NCBI GenBank assembly: GCA_029555025.1
Contig: JAKPTZ010000001.1
Span: 9,782 to 73,781 of the forward strand
Direction of reading: 5' to 3'
DNA from: Deltaproteobacteria bacterium
Lineage (GTDB): Bacteria > Myxococcota_A > UBA9042 > DTJE01
DNA length: 64,000 nt
Under the pieces are notes generated by a model. It searched no databases. It had not been told where the DNA came from and saw only the letters and a program-made list of their open reading frames with translations. Below, piece by piece: positions 53,121 through 62,429 of the stretch. Made by a program: the position numbers and the translations under genes. How positions within the stretch are numbered: position 1 is the first letter of the stretch; every line of letters starts with the position of its first letter.

Positions 53121-55169
53121 ATGAAGGTAATCGTTAACGCTGTTGTGGCCCTGGCAGCCCTGGTTGTCATGATTTCGGGCGCAAACGCCGGTGAACAGAT
53201 GCATCAGGTAACCATTGACGACGTCATGAAGTTCCGGGTTATCAACAATGTCAGCCTGCTGCCGTCGGGTGATTTCATCCTCCGAGTCCAGGACTGGGGA
53301 ACCGATCGCTCGTTTGCAAAGGATCTGTATCTGCTTGGTGCCGATGGAAGGCTGCGCCAGCTTACTTTCTCGGGAAAGCTGAAGGGCGACTTCGCGGTCT
53401 CGCCGGATGGCAAGTCGATTGTCTTTGCCGGTGAACGCGACGGCAAGGCCGGTCTGTACGTTCTTCCGCTTGATGGCGGCGAAAGCCGGCTGGTGCTTGG
53501 AATGCCGATCGGCGTTTCCTCGCTGCGCTGGGCCGGGAACAAGGTGTATTTTTCGGCGGCGGTCTTCCCTGATTGCGGAATCGACTTCGAATGCACCAGA
53601 AAGCGCCTGGAACAGAAGAAGGACGTGACGTCCGCCATGGTTTACGACGACCTTTACGTCCGGCCATGGAGTTCCTGGTGGGACGGCACGCGCAACAACC
53701 TGTTTGCGTTCGATTTTGCAACTGGCGTTGTTGACCCGGTGGCAAGCGGTGATTTCGACGTTCCGACGGTTCCGTGGGGCGGGGTCGAGGATTACGACAT
53801 TTCCCCCGATGGAAAGTCGGTCTGCTATACCGCCAAGAAGGATCCCAAGAAGTACCTTTCAACAAACGACGACCTGTTTGAAGTCACCGGGGGCAAGGAA
53901 AAGAACCTGACCGCAAAGAACCTGGCTTCCGACCGCGCGCCGCGCTATTCGCCCGACGGAAAGTTCATCGCCTTCCTTTCGCAGGAAAAGCCCGGCTATG
54001 AGTCGGATCGGATCCTTCTGAAGGTCATCGATCGCAAGCGGGGCGAGGTCGTTTCCCTGACCGACGCCCTTGACAACTGGGTGATGGATTTCGTCTGGGC
54101 CGCGGACAGCCAGTCGCTTATCGCGACCGTGGCGCGGGAGGGTCACCGGGTTCTGTATCGCGTTTCCCTGAACAAGCGCACCGGCTTCACCCCTATGTTC
54201 GACAGCGGCATGTACCGCAACCTGATTCTTTCGGCCGACGGGAAGACCCTTTTCCATACCAGGGAAACGATTACGACCCCGCCCGAAGTGTATGCGATGG
54301 ATCTGGCAACCGGGGCCGCCCGTCAGCTTACGAATCTAAACGGTGAGGCGCTCAAGAACCTGCTGCTTCCTGAGATCGAACAGATTCGCTGGGACGGCGC
54401 GAAGGTCGATGGCGTCCCGCAGCGTGTTCACGGGTTCCTGGCCAGACCGGTCGGCGCCGACGGGAAGGCTTTGAAGAAGAAGGTTCCGCTGGTCGTCATG
54501 GTTCATGGCGGACCCCAGGGCGCGTGGGAAAATTCGATGCATCCACGCTGGACCCCGCTTGGGCTGACTGGGAACGGCTATGCAGTGGCGATGCCGAATC
54601 CGACCGGAAGCTTTGGCTACAAGCAGGATTTCGTCAACAAGGTCTCGACCGACTGGGGCGGACGCGCGTACGAAGACATCATGGGAATGGTCGATTACCT
54701 TTCAAAGGATTCACTGATTGACGGGAGTTCCGTGGCCGCGATGGGTGGTTCGTATGGCGGGTACATGGCCAACTGGATGGAGGCGAAGGCCGGCACCAGG
54801 TTCAAGTGCCTGATTTCGCATGCGGGTCCGGCGGATCTGGAAATCATGTACGGGACGACCGACGAGCTCTGGTTCCCCGAATACGAATTCCGCGGGCCGC
54901 CCTGGGCCGAGCCCGAAGAATACCGGAAGTGGTCGCCGCTGTCGTACGTGATGGACTTCAAGACCCCGATGCTGGTCATGCACGGCGCGAACGACTTCAG
55001 GGTTCCGCTTGAGCAGGCACTTGCAATGTTCACCGCCTTGAAGCGGCGCAACATCGACTCCCGGCTGGTCGTTTTCCCGGACGAGGATCATTTCGTCAAC
55101 ACTCCGAAAAACAGGCGTTTCTGGTATCGGACGGTTAACGAATGGCTGGATAAGTATCTGAAGAAGTGA
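53121..55169 (+). CDS. S9 family serine peptidase (prolyl oligopeptidase/DPP-type) with N-terminal beta-propeller
   Basis: It has a signal peptide (MKVIVNAVVALAALVVMISGANA) and GGAGG upstream of the ATG at 53121. Catalytic triad context: GGSYGGYM (Ser), HGANDFRVP (Asp) and FPDEDHF (His). Confidence 0.88.
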   Translation: MKVIVNAVVALAALVVMISGANAGEQMHQVTIDDVMKFRVINNVSLLPSGDFILRVQDWGTDRSFAKDLYLLGADGRLRQLTFSGKLKGDFAVSPDGKSIVFAGERDGKAGLYVLPLDGGESRLVLGMPIGVSSLRWAGNKVYFSAAVFPDCGIDFECTRKRLEQKKDVTSAMVYDDLYVRPWSSWWDGTRNNLFAFDFATGVVDPVASGDFDVPTVPWGGVEDYDISPDGKSVCYTAKKDPKKYLSTNDDLFEVTGGKEKNLTAKNLASDRAPRYSPDGKFIAFLSQEKPGYESDRILLKVIDRKRGEVVSLTDALDNWVMDFVWAADSQSLIATVAREGHRVLYRVSLNKRTGFTPMFDSGMYRNLILSADGKTLFHTRETITTPPEVYAMDLATGAARQLTNLNGEALKNLLLPEIEQIRWDGAKVDGVPQRVHGFLARPVGADGKALKKKVPLVVMVHGGPQGAWENSMHPRWTPLGLTGNGYAVAMPNPTGSFGYKQDFVNKVSTDWGGRAYEDIMGMVDYLSKDSLIDGSSVAAMGGSYGGYMANWMEAKAGTRFKCLISHAGPADLEIMYGTTDELWFPEYEFRGPPWAEPEEYRKWSPLSYVMDFKTPMLVMHGANDFRVPLEQALAMFTALKRRNIDSRLVVFPDEDHFVNTPKNRRFWYRTVNEWLDKYLKK

Positions 55170-55891
55170 TCAACGGCAATCCAGGCTTCCTGCCATCAGA
55201 GTTTTCCCGCCGCCTGCGGGCGTTTCCCGACCACCTGATGCGAAGGTCGGTTCTGAAAAACGCCATCGCCGCCATGTCCGACGACGATATACTGGCCCTG
55301 GCCGGATATCTTGTCTGTCGCACGGACGCGGACGATTCACGCCAGGTCTGGCTTGATTTCGTAAGGGAAATCCTGCTGACCCCACCCTGGTCGGCGGAAC
55401 GGATGGGGCTTGTTGCCAGTTATCCCGCCATCCGGGAGCGTCGTCCGGTGCTTGAATTCCTGGGCATTGACGATGAACGTTGCCGCGCCGGTGGCGGTCG
55501 ATTCGGCCAGTGGGCGATGGAGGACATCCCCCTCGGCGTGCGGAAGGCGAAGGCAAGGTTGAGCAACAGGGACACGTTGCTTCAGTTGACCCAGGATCCG
55601 GATCCGTCCGTGGCAAGGATTCTTCTGGACAATCCGTTCGTGACCGAGGTGATGGCCTTGCGGGTCACCACAAAGCGTCCCCAGAAGGCCCAGATTCTTC
55701 GTGGTGTGATGGAGTCCCGCTTCATTACGTCCGAGACGGTCCAGAATTCGCTGGTGAACAATCCCTACTGTCCCACGCGGATGGCGGTGGCCCTGGTTCC
55801 GCTGCTTTCCAGGACGCACCGGGCCGAAACGGCGGATTCCGGCAGCGTTGACGAGGCCGTGCGAAATGCCGCGGCTGCGATGAACCTTTGA
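55166..55891 (+). CDS. hypothetical protein (possible helical-repeat protein)
   Basis: The GTG start overlaps the peptidase stop (GTGA). Repeated ..LLDNPFVTEVMAL.. / ..LVNNPYCPTRMAV.. segments suggest LRV/HEAT-like repeats. No family is assigned and the start is uncertain. Confidence 0.45.
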   Translation: MINGNPGFLPSEFSRRLRAFPDHLMRRSVLKNAIAAMSDDDILALAGYLVCRTDADDSRQVWLDFVREILLTPPWSAERMGLVASYPAIRERRPVLEFLGIDDERCRAGGGRFGQWAMEDIPLGVRKAKARLSNRDTLLQLTQDPDPSVARILLDNPFVTEVMALRVTTKRPQKAQILRGVMESRFITSETVQNSLVNNPYCPTRMAVALVPLLSRTHRAETADSGSVDEAVRNAAAAMNL

Positions 55892-55904
55892 ATCAAGAAC
55901 AAGG

Positions 55905-57011
55905 TCACAGAAGCGGGGGTTCCTGTTCCTTCTGCTCGGCCTCGCTTGCGGCCGCGTCGCGCAGGGCGTTGTAGAACAGCTTCACGTCATACACGGGCTT
56001 TCCCTGCGGTGCCGGCCGGTTTTCGTAGTAGATCTGAAGAAGCTTCAGGCTGTTCGGTCCGATCAGGCTCGCAAGGTGGTTCAGGAAATGGTCCTGTCGG
56101 AAGCGCTGCATGAAGAATGTGGCGATTTCCAGGCGAACCCCGGGATCCTGCAGGTCTCCCGAAGCCTCCGGCAGATGGCTTATAAGCCTGGCGATGTGCC
56201 ACCCGAATCTGGATCTGACCGGGCTGGTGAACTGCCCGGGCGACAGCTTCATGACTTCTTCGGCAAGGGTGGAGTCGATGTGGGTAAGCCCCTTCTGGTA
56301 GCCGGCCTTCCTGTCGAAAGCGAACGAGTACTCCTGGTATGTCAGGTGATATGCCCGCTTCTTGAACTCGGGCGCGAAAATCGCCATGTCGGCAACTTCC
56401 GGCGGATCCTGTTCAAGCATCTGCCTGACGGCGGCCATCGGCGCCTGGCCCTCGTTCATGCATTCCTCGAACACCGCCGGGTCGCATGATTTCGGGTCGG
56501 AGCAGCAGATCCATTGATAATCCTGGACGTCGTACAGATCCACGTGATTGAAACGGGCCCAGACCTGCGGAAGGGCGAACATCTCCTTCAGCATGCCTTC
56601 CGGCACGTCCTGGGGTTGAAACTCCTGGACAATCTTTTTTTCGACATACCTGCTGGCCAGCGCACGCTCGAAGACCGACCTTTCTGGCACGAATCCGCGT
56701 CCATCGACCGCCTTGCGGGCCAGCAGTTCCTCCACCAGCACGGAATCAAGGACTTCCTGTGGGTCGGCCCCGGCGTCCGCCCGGGAAAATGCTTCCCTGA
56801 CGCGCCAGGCCGGGATGGCCACATCGCCGGCGCGTGCAACGATTTCATCGTCGCCAACGCCGTTCCACGCGGGCGAATCCACCAGGATTTCAATCGGTTC
56901 GACGACGGAAGGGCGCTGCGGGATTTCCTGGCTGCAGCCGATCGACGCGGCGCAGGCCAGAAACAGAAGCGGCAACGTTTGCATCAGTCGCGTGCCAGGC
57001 ACGTAAGCCAT
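55905..57011 (-). CDS. parvulin-type peptidyl-prolyl isomerase (SurA/PpiD-like) lipoprotein
   Basis: ORF 55905..57083(-). The PpiC-type motif is SPGQFTSPVRSRFGWHIARL and the lipobox is AASIGC. The start must lie below the upstream gene's stop at 57040, so it is ATG at 57011 or 56984. Confidence 0.7.
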   Translation of the reverse strand: MAYVPGTRLMQTLPLLFLACAASIGCSQEIPQRPSVVEPIEILVDSPAWNGVGDDEIVARAGDVAIPAWRVREAFSRADAGADPQEVLDSVLVEELLARKAVDGRGFVPERSVFERALASRYVEKKIVQEFQPQDVPEGMLKEMFALPQVWARFNHVDLYDVQDYQWICCSDPKSCDPAVFEECMNEGQAPMAAVRQMLEQDPPEVADMAIFAPEFKKRAYHLTYQEYSFAFDRKAGYQKGLTHIDSTLAEEVMKLSPGQFTSPVRSRFGWHIARLISHLPEASGDLQDPGVRLEIATFFMQRFRQDHFLNHLASLIGPNSLKLLQIYYENRPAPQGKPVYDVKLFYNALRDAAASEAEQKEQEPPLL

Positions 57012-57039
57012 CAGTTCAAGCCCCCAGAACCCGAAGAGA

Positions 57040-58710
57040 TCAGTTAATTGAAGAGCAGTCGGCGGTTGTGCCGCGCTTGTCAATCTGCAGATACGGGTTA
57101 TAGCAGTACGATGCCGAGAATCCGGACGCGTCGGCGGTCGGCGTGAGCCTGTGTCTTTGCGCGAAGTAATACGCCGGATGGATGAAGAAAGTGCCTTCCG
57201 AGAATTCCGTGTAGTAGAGATAGGCGTTCATCGTGGCTGGTTCCCACTCCCATCTCCAGGGGCTCTTGCCGCCTGCCGTGGTTCCCGTCGGACTCGGCCT
57301 GAAGTTGCCGGGCAGCACCATTCCGGATCCGGCCATTCCCTGGGGGGGCACATAGTCGATGGTCGCGCCGAACATCTGACCCTCGTCGATGCGGTCGCGC
57401 CTTACCCACCAGTCCTCGATCGCCAGGCGCAAGCCGTACCCCACGTCGCTGCCTTCCGAATTTTTGTACGCGAACGGTGTGTTCAGCGTTTCCGCGTCGG
57501 TTCCCTTGTGGGAGAAATGCATGATGTTCAGCGTCGATTTCATGGCCGAATCGAGCTGGCACTTGAAATCGAGCGAGTCTTCCTTTGTGACCTGAATCCA
57601 CGCGCATGATTCGTGCGACTTGCTGGTGATGTAGTTCTGGAAGTGTCCGCCAGGGAAGAGCTGGTCTTTCGGGAACACCCAGTTTGCGTTGTATTTCCTG
57701 CGATCGCCGTCGTTGTAATTGCCGTTTCCGTCATCGATGACCAGACCGGACTCGGTGGTCACGAAGCTGCGGATATCCTCGAAGCCGCCGTTGCCGAAGT
57801 ATGTCTCGACCGCAATCGGTTCCTCGGGATCCTTCTGGACGACGACCATGGTTCCGGAGACCTGGTTTCCAAACACGAATGTCGAATCATCGTGCCTGGC
57901 GTAGTAGTACATGTACCTTATGAAATAATGGGTATAGGTCTCGATGACGTCGTAATACACCCAGATCGGCAGGCTCTGCGCGGCTTCCAGCGATGGAACG
58001 TTGTTGTCCATGTTCCAGTCAAGGTCGAAATTGACCGACGTCGGGTAGTCCCACTGTGGCGCAAGAATCTGGGTCGCCTGGTACAGCCTTGGTGCATATC
58101 GGGACGCGATTTCGCGATATCCGTCCATGCCGTCCGGGCCCCTGGTGGAGAACCTGAACGTGTAGTCGCTTCCGAGCTCGTTGGCGGCCAGGTCCTGGAC
58201 GCTTCCGGAGATGCGGAAGCTGTAAGGGGCCAGCGACTGGATCTGGGTCGTTGATTCAGGCGTGAATGAAACCGTGAACGATGTCGCGTCGTATTCGATG
58301 GTTCCAGGAACCGACTGGCCATAAACGTCGAAAAGTTTCAGGAAATCGGCACTCAGAAACACCGCCCGCATGTCTTCGCTGAAAGTGACGCGGACGACGA
58401 AATCGGTCGGGATTCCGGTTTCCTCGTTCATCGGGTATGTCGCCACCACAAGGGGGGGGACTTCGTCCGGTGGAATTTCGACCGGAATGTCGGGCGTCGA
58501 AGTCTCGGACACGTCGCTTCCGACGTCGGGATTCGCAAGGTCATGGCCACCCTGGTCATTTCCGGTGTCGATCTGGATAACGATATCGATTCCGCCATCA
58601 TCGGCTTCGACGTCCTGATCCTGGGGCGTTCCGCCGCACCCGGCCATCAGGAAAGAAACGGCCAGAATTGCCAGCACGTCAACTCTGAAAATACCCATAA
58701 GTCTGTTCAT
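57040..58710 (-). CDS. hypothetical lipoprotein with Ig-like (SbsA-type) domain and a large unassigned C-terminal domain
   Basis: ORF 57040..59229(-), with the start trimmed to MNRLMGIF (ATG at 58710, GGAGGA upstream, lipobox LMAGC). The Ig-like segment reads PLVVATYPMNEETGIPTDFVVRVTFSEDM...GTIEYDATSFTVSFTP. The rest is unassigned. Confidence 0.7.
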   Translation of the reverse strand: MNRLMGIFRVDVLAILAVSFLMAGCGGTPQDQDVEADDGGIDIVIQIDTGNDQGGHDLANPDVGSDVSETSTPDIPVEIPPDEVPPLVVATYPMNEETGIPTDFVVRVTFSEDMRAVFLSADFLKLFDVYGQSVPGTIEYDATSFTVSFTPESTTQIQSLAPYSFRISGSVQDLAANELGSDYTFRFSTRGPDGMDGYREIASRYAPRLYQATQILAPQWDYPTSVNFDLDWNMDNNVPSLEAAQSLPIWVYYDVIETYTHYFIRYMYYYARHDDSTFVFGNQVSGTMVVVQKDPEEPIAVETYFGNGGFEDIRSFVTTESGLVIDDGNGNYNDGDRRKYNANWVFPKDQLFPGGHFQNYITSKSHESCAWIQVTKEDSLDFKCQLDSAMKSTLNIMHFSHKGTDAETLNTPFAYKNSEGSDVGYGLRLAIEDWWVRRDRIDEGQMFGATIDYVPPQGMAGSGMVLPGNFRPSPTGTTAGGKSPWRWEWEPATMNAYLYYTEFSEGTFFIHPAYYFAQRHRLTPTADASGFSASYCYNPYLQIDKRGTTADCSSIN

Positions 58711-58870
58711 CCGCAGGATCCTCCGTGTTGCCCGGCCCCGTCTGGCGGCAAATGTCGATGAAGTGCCGGAACACTGGAATAAAGACATGCAAAGACTCGC
58801 AAAAACGGCCCTGGATGTCAATTGGATGCTGCTGTCGTCAACCCCGTCCGAAACATTGACAAGACCCCGG

Positions 58871-58898
58871 TTGACTTGTTGCCGCGCGTGATTATTTT
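58871..58898 (+). promoter_or_regulatory. candidate sigma-70 promoter for dnaK
   Basis: TTGACT (58871-58876), a 16-nt spacer, then TATTTT (58893-58898). I saw no CIRCE element (TTAGCACTC-N9-GAGTGCTAA). Confidence 0.4.
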
Positions 58899-58959
58899 CC
58901 TGTCCGAACCGGGCCACGGGCCCCTGTGACAATGGATTCTGATTCGTCTGGAGGCGGAC

Positions 58960-60849
58960 ATGGAAAGGATAATCGGTATCGACCTTGGAACCACGAACAG
59001 TGTCGTGGCCGTGATGGAAGCTGGGGAAGCCAAGGTAATCCAGAACGAGGAAGGCGGGCGTACAACACCGTCCGTCGTTGCTTTCGACAACAAGGGTGCC
59101 GTGCTTGTCGGCCAGATTGCGAAGCGCCAGGCAATCACGAACCCGGAAAACACGATATTCAGCATCAAGCGCTTCATGGGCCGTCGCTTTGGCGAGGTCG
59201 ATCAGGAAATGAAGTTCGTGCCTTACCACGTTCGGCGCGGTGAAAACGATCAGGCCGTCGTCTTGGCACAGGGAAAGGATGTAACCCCGCCCGAGGTTTC
59301 GGCCAGGATTCTTCAGAAGCTGAAGAAGGCCGCCGAGGATTATCTTGGCGGTCCGGTCAGTGCGGCCGTCATCACGGTTCCCGCGTACTTCAACGATTCG
59401 CAGCGCCAGGCGACCAAGGATGCGGGCCGGATTGCTGGACTTGAAGTCAAGCGCATCATCAACGAGCCGACAGCGGCGGCGCTTGCGTACGGAATGGACA
59501 AGAAGAAGGACCAGACAATCGCCGTCTATGACTTTGGCGGCGGTACCTTCGATATTTCGATTCTGGAAGTCGGCGACAACGTCGTCGAGGTCAAGTCAAC
59601 GAACGGCGACACGCACCTTGGCGGCGACAACATCGACCTGAGGGTCATCGAGTTCCTGATCGAGGAGTTCAAGAAGGAATCCGGCATCGACGTCAGCAAG
59701 GACAAGATGGTGCTGCAGCGCCTGAAGGACGCCGCGGAAAAGGCCAAGATCGAGCTTTCGTCGATGATGGAAACGGAAGTCAGCCTGCCGTTCCTTACCG
59801 CCGACGCCAGCGGTCCCCGTCACATGAACATCCGCGTTTCCCGCGCCAAGCTCGAGCAGTTGATGCTTGATCTGGTCGAGCGTTCGATTGAACCGTGCCG
59901 CAAGGCGCTTGCCGACGCCGGACTGAAGGCTTCCGACATCGATGAAGTCGTCCTGGTCGGCGGTTCCACCAGGATTCCGCTTGTTCAGCAGAGGGTGAAG
60001 GAATTCTTCGGCCGCGAGCCGAACCGCAGCGTCAACCCGGACGAGGTCGTGGCCGTCGGGGCCGCCATCCAGGGCGCCGTGCTTACGGGCGAAGTGAAGG
60101 ACATGCTGCTGCTGGACGTAACCCCGCTGAGCCTGGGGATCGAGACCCTGGGCGGCGTGATGACCAGGCTCATCGAGCGCAACACCACGATTCCGACCAG
60201 GAAGCAGGAGACGTTCTCGACCGCGGCCGATGGCCAGACAAGCGTCGAAATCCACGTCCTTCAGGGCGAGCGCGAGATGGCCGCCGGGAACCGGACGCTG
60301 GGCAAGTTCATTCTGGACGGGATTCCGCCCGCGCCGCGGGGAATTCCACAGGTCGAGGTTACTTTTGATATCGATGCGAACGGCATCCTGAACGTTTCGG
60401 CAAAGGACAAGGCGACCAGCCGCGAGCAGAAGATCACCGTCACGGCATCTTCAGGCCTGACCGAAAACGACATCAATCGGATGGTTGACGACGCGGCGAA
60501 GAACGAGGCCGAGGACAAGCGCCGGCGCGAGGAAATCGAGACCAGGAACAAGCTGGACACCATGGTCTATCAGACCGAGAAGCTGATCAAGGACAACCGC
60601 GAGAAGATTCCCGTCGGTGAACTGGCCGAGGTCGAGCGCGAAATCGAGAGGGCCAGGGAAGCCCTGAAGGGCAACGATCAGGAAGCAATCCGGAAGGCGA
60701 TTGACGATGTCACCGCGGCGTCGCACAAGATGGCCGAAAAGATGTACGCCGCCGCAAGTTCGCAGCCCGGTGCCGCCCCCGGCGCCGAATCCCAGTCCGG
60801 CGCCCCCGAAGGCGAAGTCATCGACGCCGAGATTGAAGAGCAGAAATGA
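58960..60849 (+). CDS. dnaK: molecular chaperone DnaK (Hsp70)
   Basis: Hsp70 signatures are [24 protein letters not shown] and [16 protein letters not shown] lies upstream. No grpE or dnaJ gene is adjacent. Confidence 0.97.
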   Translation: MERIIGIDLGTTNSVVAVMEAGEAKVIQNEEGGRTTPSVVAFDNKGAVLVGQIAKRQAITNPENTIFSIKRFMGRRFGEVDQEMKFVPYHVRRGENDQAVVLAQGKDVTPPEVSARILQKLKKAAEDYLGGPVSAAVITVPAYFNDSQRQATKDAGRIAGLEVKRIINEPTAAALAYGMDKKKDQTIAVYDFGGGTFDISILEVGDNVVEVKSTNGDTHLGGDNIDLRVIEFLIEEFKKESGIDVSKDKMVLQRLKDAAEKAKIELSSMMETEVSLPFLTADASGPRHMNIRVSRAKLEQLMLDLVERSIEPCRKALADAGLKASDIDEVVLVGGSTRIPLVQQRVKEFFGREPNRSVNPDEVVAVGAAIQGAVLTGEVKDMLLLDVTPLSLGIETLGGVMTRLIERNTTIPTRKQETFSTAADGQTSVEIHVLQGEREMAAGNRTLGKFILDGIPPAPRGIPQVEVTFDIDANGILNVSAKDKATSREQKITVTASSGLTENDINRMVDDAAKNEAEDKRRREEIETRNKLDTMVYQTEKLIKDNREKIPVGELAEVEREIERAREALKGNDQEAIRKAIDDVTAASHKMAEKMYAAASSQPGAAPGAESQSGAPEGEVIDAEIEEQK

Positions 60850-60866
60850 TCCCATCCACAAGGTAA

Positions 60867-60886
60867 GGGCGAATGAAAATTCGCCC
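60867..60886. repeat. REP-like hairpin copy 1 (GGGCGAAT-GAAA-ATTCGCCC)
   Basis: Perfect 8-bp stem with a GAAA loop, 18 nt after the dnaK stop. No U-tract follows. Confidence 0.8.
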
Positions 60887-60960
60887 GCCGCGGTCGAGCA
60901 CATTCCATCCGCCCCACGATCCGTGATTCCACGCTCGATGAATGACGCAGTCGTGCCTGT

Positions 60961-61017
60961 GGCCGGCCATGAAGTGTCCGGTTCGAGGGGCCTCACCGGA
61001 GCACTTATTGGCCGGCC
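60961..61017. other. nested inverted repeat (candidate structured RNA or REP core)
   Basis: GGCCGGCCA (60961-60969) pairs with TGGCCGGCC (61009-61017). Inside, TCCGGT (60977-60982) pairs with ACCGGA (60995-61000). The element is flanked by the direct repeats TCCGCCCCACGATC at about 60908 and 61021. Confidence 0.5.
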
Positions 61018-61039
61018 CGATCCGCCCCACGATCGGTAG

Positions 61040-61059
61040 GGGCGAATGAAAATTCGCCC
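61040..61059. repeat. REP-like hairpin copy 2 (GGGCGAAT-GAAA-ATTCGCCC)
   Basis: The 20-nt hairpin is identical to copy 1, and both are preceded by GGTA(A/G)G. It lies 54 nt beyond the stop of the minus-strand gene that ends at 61113. Confidence 0.8.
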
Positions 61060-61112
61060 GTCCTAAATCACGTCGAAGCTTCAGCGAAGTTGTGTGGTCG
61101 TTCCGAGGTTAA

Positions 61113-61742
61113 TCAGTTCTGGGTGGCCGGTGCGGCTTCAGCGGCCGGTGCCGGGGCAGGGGCTTCGGCGGCCGGAGCAGCTTCTGGAGCCGGTGCGGCA
61201 CCTTCGGCGGCCGGAGCAGCTTCTGGAGCCGGTGCGGCACCTTCAGCAGCCGGGGCGCCTTCCGGGGCGGGCGGCGGCGCCATGGCCTTCATCTTTTCCA
61301 TCTGGGCCTGCATGGCTTCCTTCATCATGCGGGCCATGTCGATCGCCCAGCCCTTTTCGGTCCGAACCATCGGTGCGCTGTTTTCCTTGCCGTTGGTCTT
61401 ATAGACGACGCGCGCCTCATCCTTGTTGTCCGGGCTCACGGTCTCGGAAATGACTTCCATTCCGCCGGCCTTGCTGAAGCCCTTGCACATCTCCTTGAAG
61501 ATGTCGAAGTCTTCGGCCTGGCCTTCCGGCTTCTGGGCGAAGTTCTTGAGCTGCTCGGAAATCTGGGTAAGCTGCTCGACGCTTTCCGCGGTGAGGCCAC
61601 CCTTGATGCCGGCGACATCGCACTTTTCGATTGCGGTCATCCATGCCTTGAATGAATCACCGGGGGTCGGGAACTTTTCCTTGCAGGCGGTAAACGCGAC
61701 AAGGGACATGGCAACTGTCAGCACCAACACGAGCTTCTTCAT
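61113..61742 (-). CDS. hypothetical lipoprotein with Ala/Pro/Glu-rich repetitive C-terminal tail
   Basis: ORF 61113..61772(-), with the start trimmed to MKKLVLV (ATG at 61742, GGAG upstream, lipobox VAFTAC). A globular domain of about 140 aa is followed by the tail PPPAPEGAPAAEGAAPAPEAAPAAEGAAPAPEAAPAAEAPAPAPAAEAAPATQN. Confidence 0.7.
   Translation of the reverse strand: MKKLVLVLTVAMSLVAFTACKEKFPTPGDSFKAWMTAIEKCDVAGIKGGLTAESVEQLTQISEQLKNFAQKPEGQAEDFDIFKEMCKGFSKAGGMEVISETVSPDNKDEARVVYKTNGKENSAPMVRTEKGWAIDMARMMKEAMQAQMEKMKAMAPPPAPEGAPAAEGAAPAPEAAPAAEGAAPAPEAAPAAEAPAPAPAAEAAPATQN
61163..61240. repeat. perfect 2 x 39-bp tandem duplication (in frame, 13 aa)
   Basis: CTTCGGCGGCCGGAGCAGCTTCTGGAGCCGGTGCGGCAC occurs at 61163-61201 and again, identically, at 61202-61240. 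A third, partial unit follows. Confidence 0.9.
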
Positions 61743-61768
61743 CTGGGACTCCATGAAAGACAAAAAAA

Positions 61769-62386
61769 TCAAGGATGTTTCGTCCCCGAAACACCGCCTG
61801 GAACACTGTTTTGATCGATGACTTCGTCGATCAGGCCGTATTCCCTGGCCTCTTCCGGACTCAGGAACCTTTCGCGGTCGGAATCCTTCAGGATTTGTTC
61901 AACGCTTCGTCCCGAATGGTTCGACAGCAGTTTAACCACCTGATTCTTCAAAAACAATATTTCCCTTGTGCGTATATCCACATCGGTCGCCTGGCCCGAG
62001 AATGAACCGAGCGGCTGGTGCAGCAGTATCCGCGAATGGGGCAGGGCCCGACGCTTGCCTGGCGTGCCGGCGGCAAGGAGAAGGGCGCTCATGCTGGAGG
62101 CCTGGCCGATGCAGATCGTCGAAATCGGGCACCTGACGTACTGCATCGTGTCATAGACCGCCAGCGTGGAGTTGACGTTCCCACCGGGCGAGTTGATGTA
62201 AAGATAGATGTCCTTGTCCGGGTCCTCTGACTCAAGGTAAAGAAGCTGGGCGATGACAACGCTTGCCAGGTTGTCGTCGATTTCCCAGCCAAGGAAGATG
62301 ATCCTGTCCTTCAGGAGCCGGGAAAATACGGTCCATTCACGTTCGCCGCGGGCCGTATGCTCGATTACCGTGGGAACCCACCACAT
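61769..62386 (-). CDS. clpP: ATP-dependent Clp protease proteolytic subunit ClpP
   Basis: This is the C-terminal 205 aa of ORF 61769..62635(-). The start is the ATG at 62386 (MWWVPTV), with GGAG upstream. Catalytic context: GQASSMSA (Ser), LHQPLG (His) and DSDRERFLS (Asp). Confidence 0.92.
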   Translation of the reverse strand: MWWVPTVIEHTARGEREWTVFSRLLKDRIIFLGWEIDDNLASVVIAQLLYLESEDPDKDIYLYINSPGGNVNSTLAVYDTMQYVRCPISTICIGQASSMSALLLAAGTPGKRRALPHSRILLHQPLGSFSGQATDVDIRTREILFLKNQVVKLLSNHSGRSVEQILKDSDRERFLSPEEAREYGLIDEVIDQNSVPGGVSGTKHP

Positions 62387-62429
62387 TGGATACTCCTTGC
62401 GTTGCGTCGCCGTGGCACGCCTTCCGGCG

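Noticed and set aside
58711-58959. CIRCE/HrcA operator or sigma-32 promoter upstream of dnaK
   Set aside because: I saw no TTAGCACTC-N9-GAGTGCTAA inverted repeat and no CTTGAA...CCCCAT-type promoter. Only a sigma-70-like TTGACT-16-TATTTT is present.
58711-59229. N-terminal 173 codons of ORF 57040..59229(-)
   Set aside because: They run through the dnaK promoter and the dnaK 5' coding region. The internal Met at 58710 has GGAGGA upstream and a lipoprotein signal peptide.
60701-61039. Small ORFs in and after the dnaK 3' end (60701-61039 plus strand, 60818-61030 minus strand)
   Set aside because: They overlap dnaK or consist of REP-like repeat sequence. None has an RBS or recognisable motifs.
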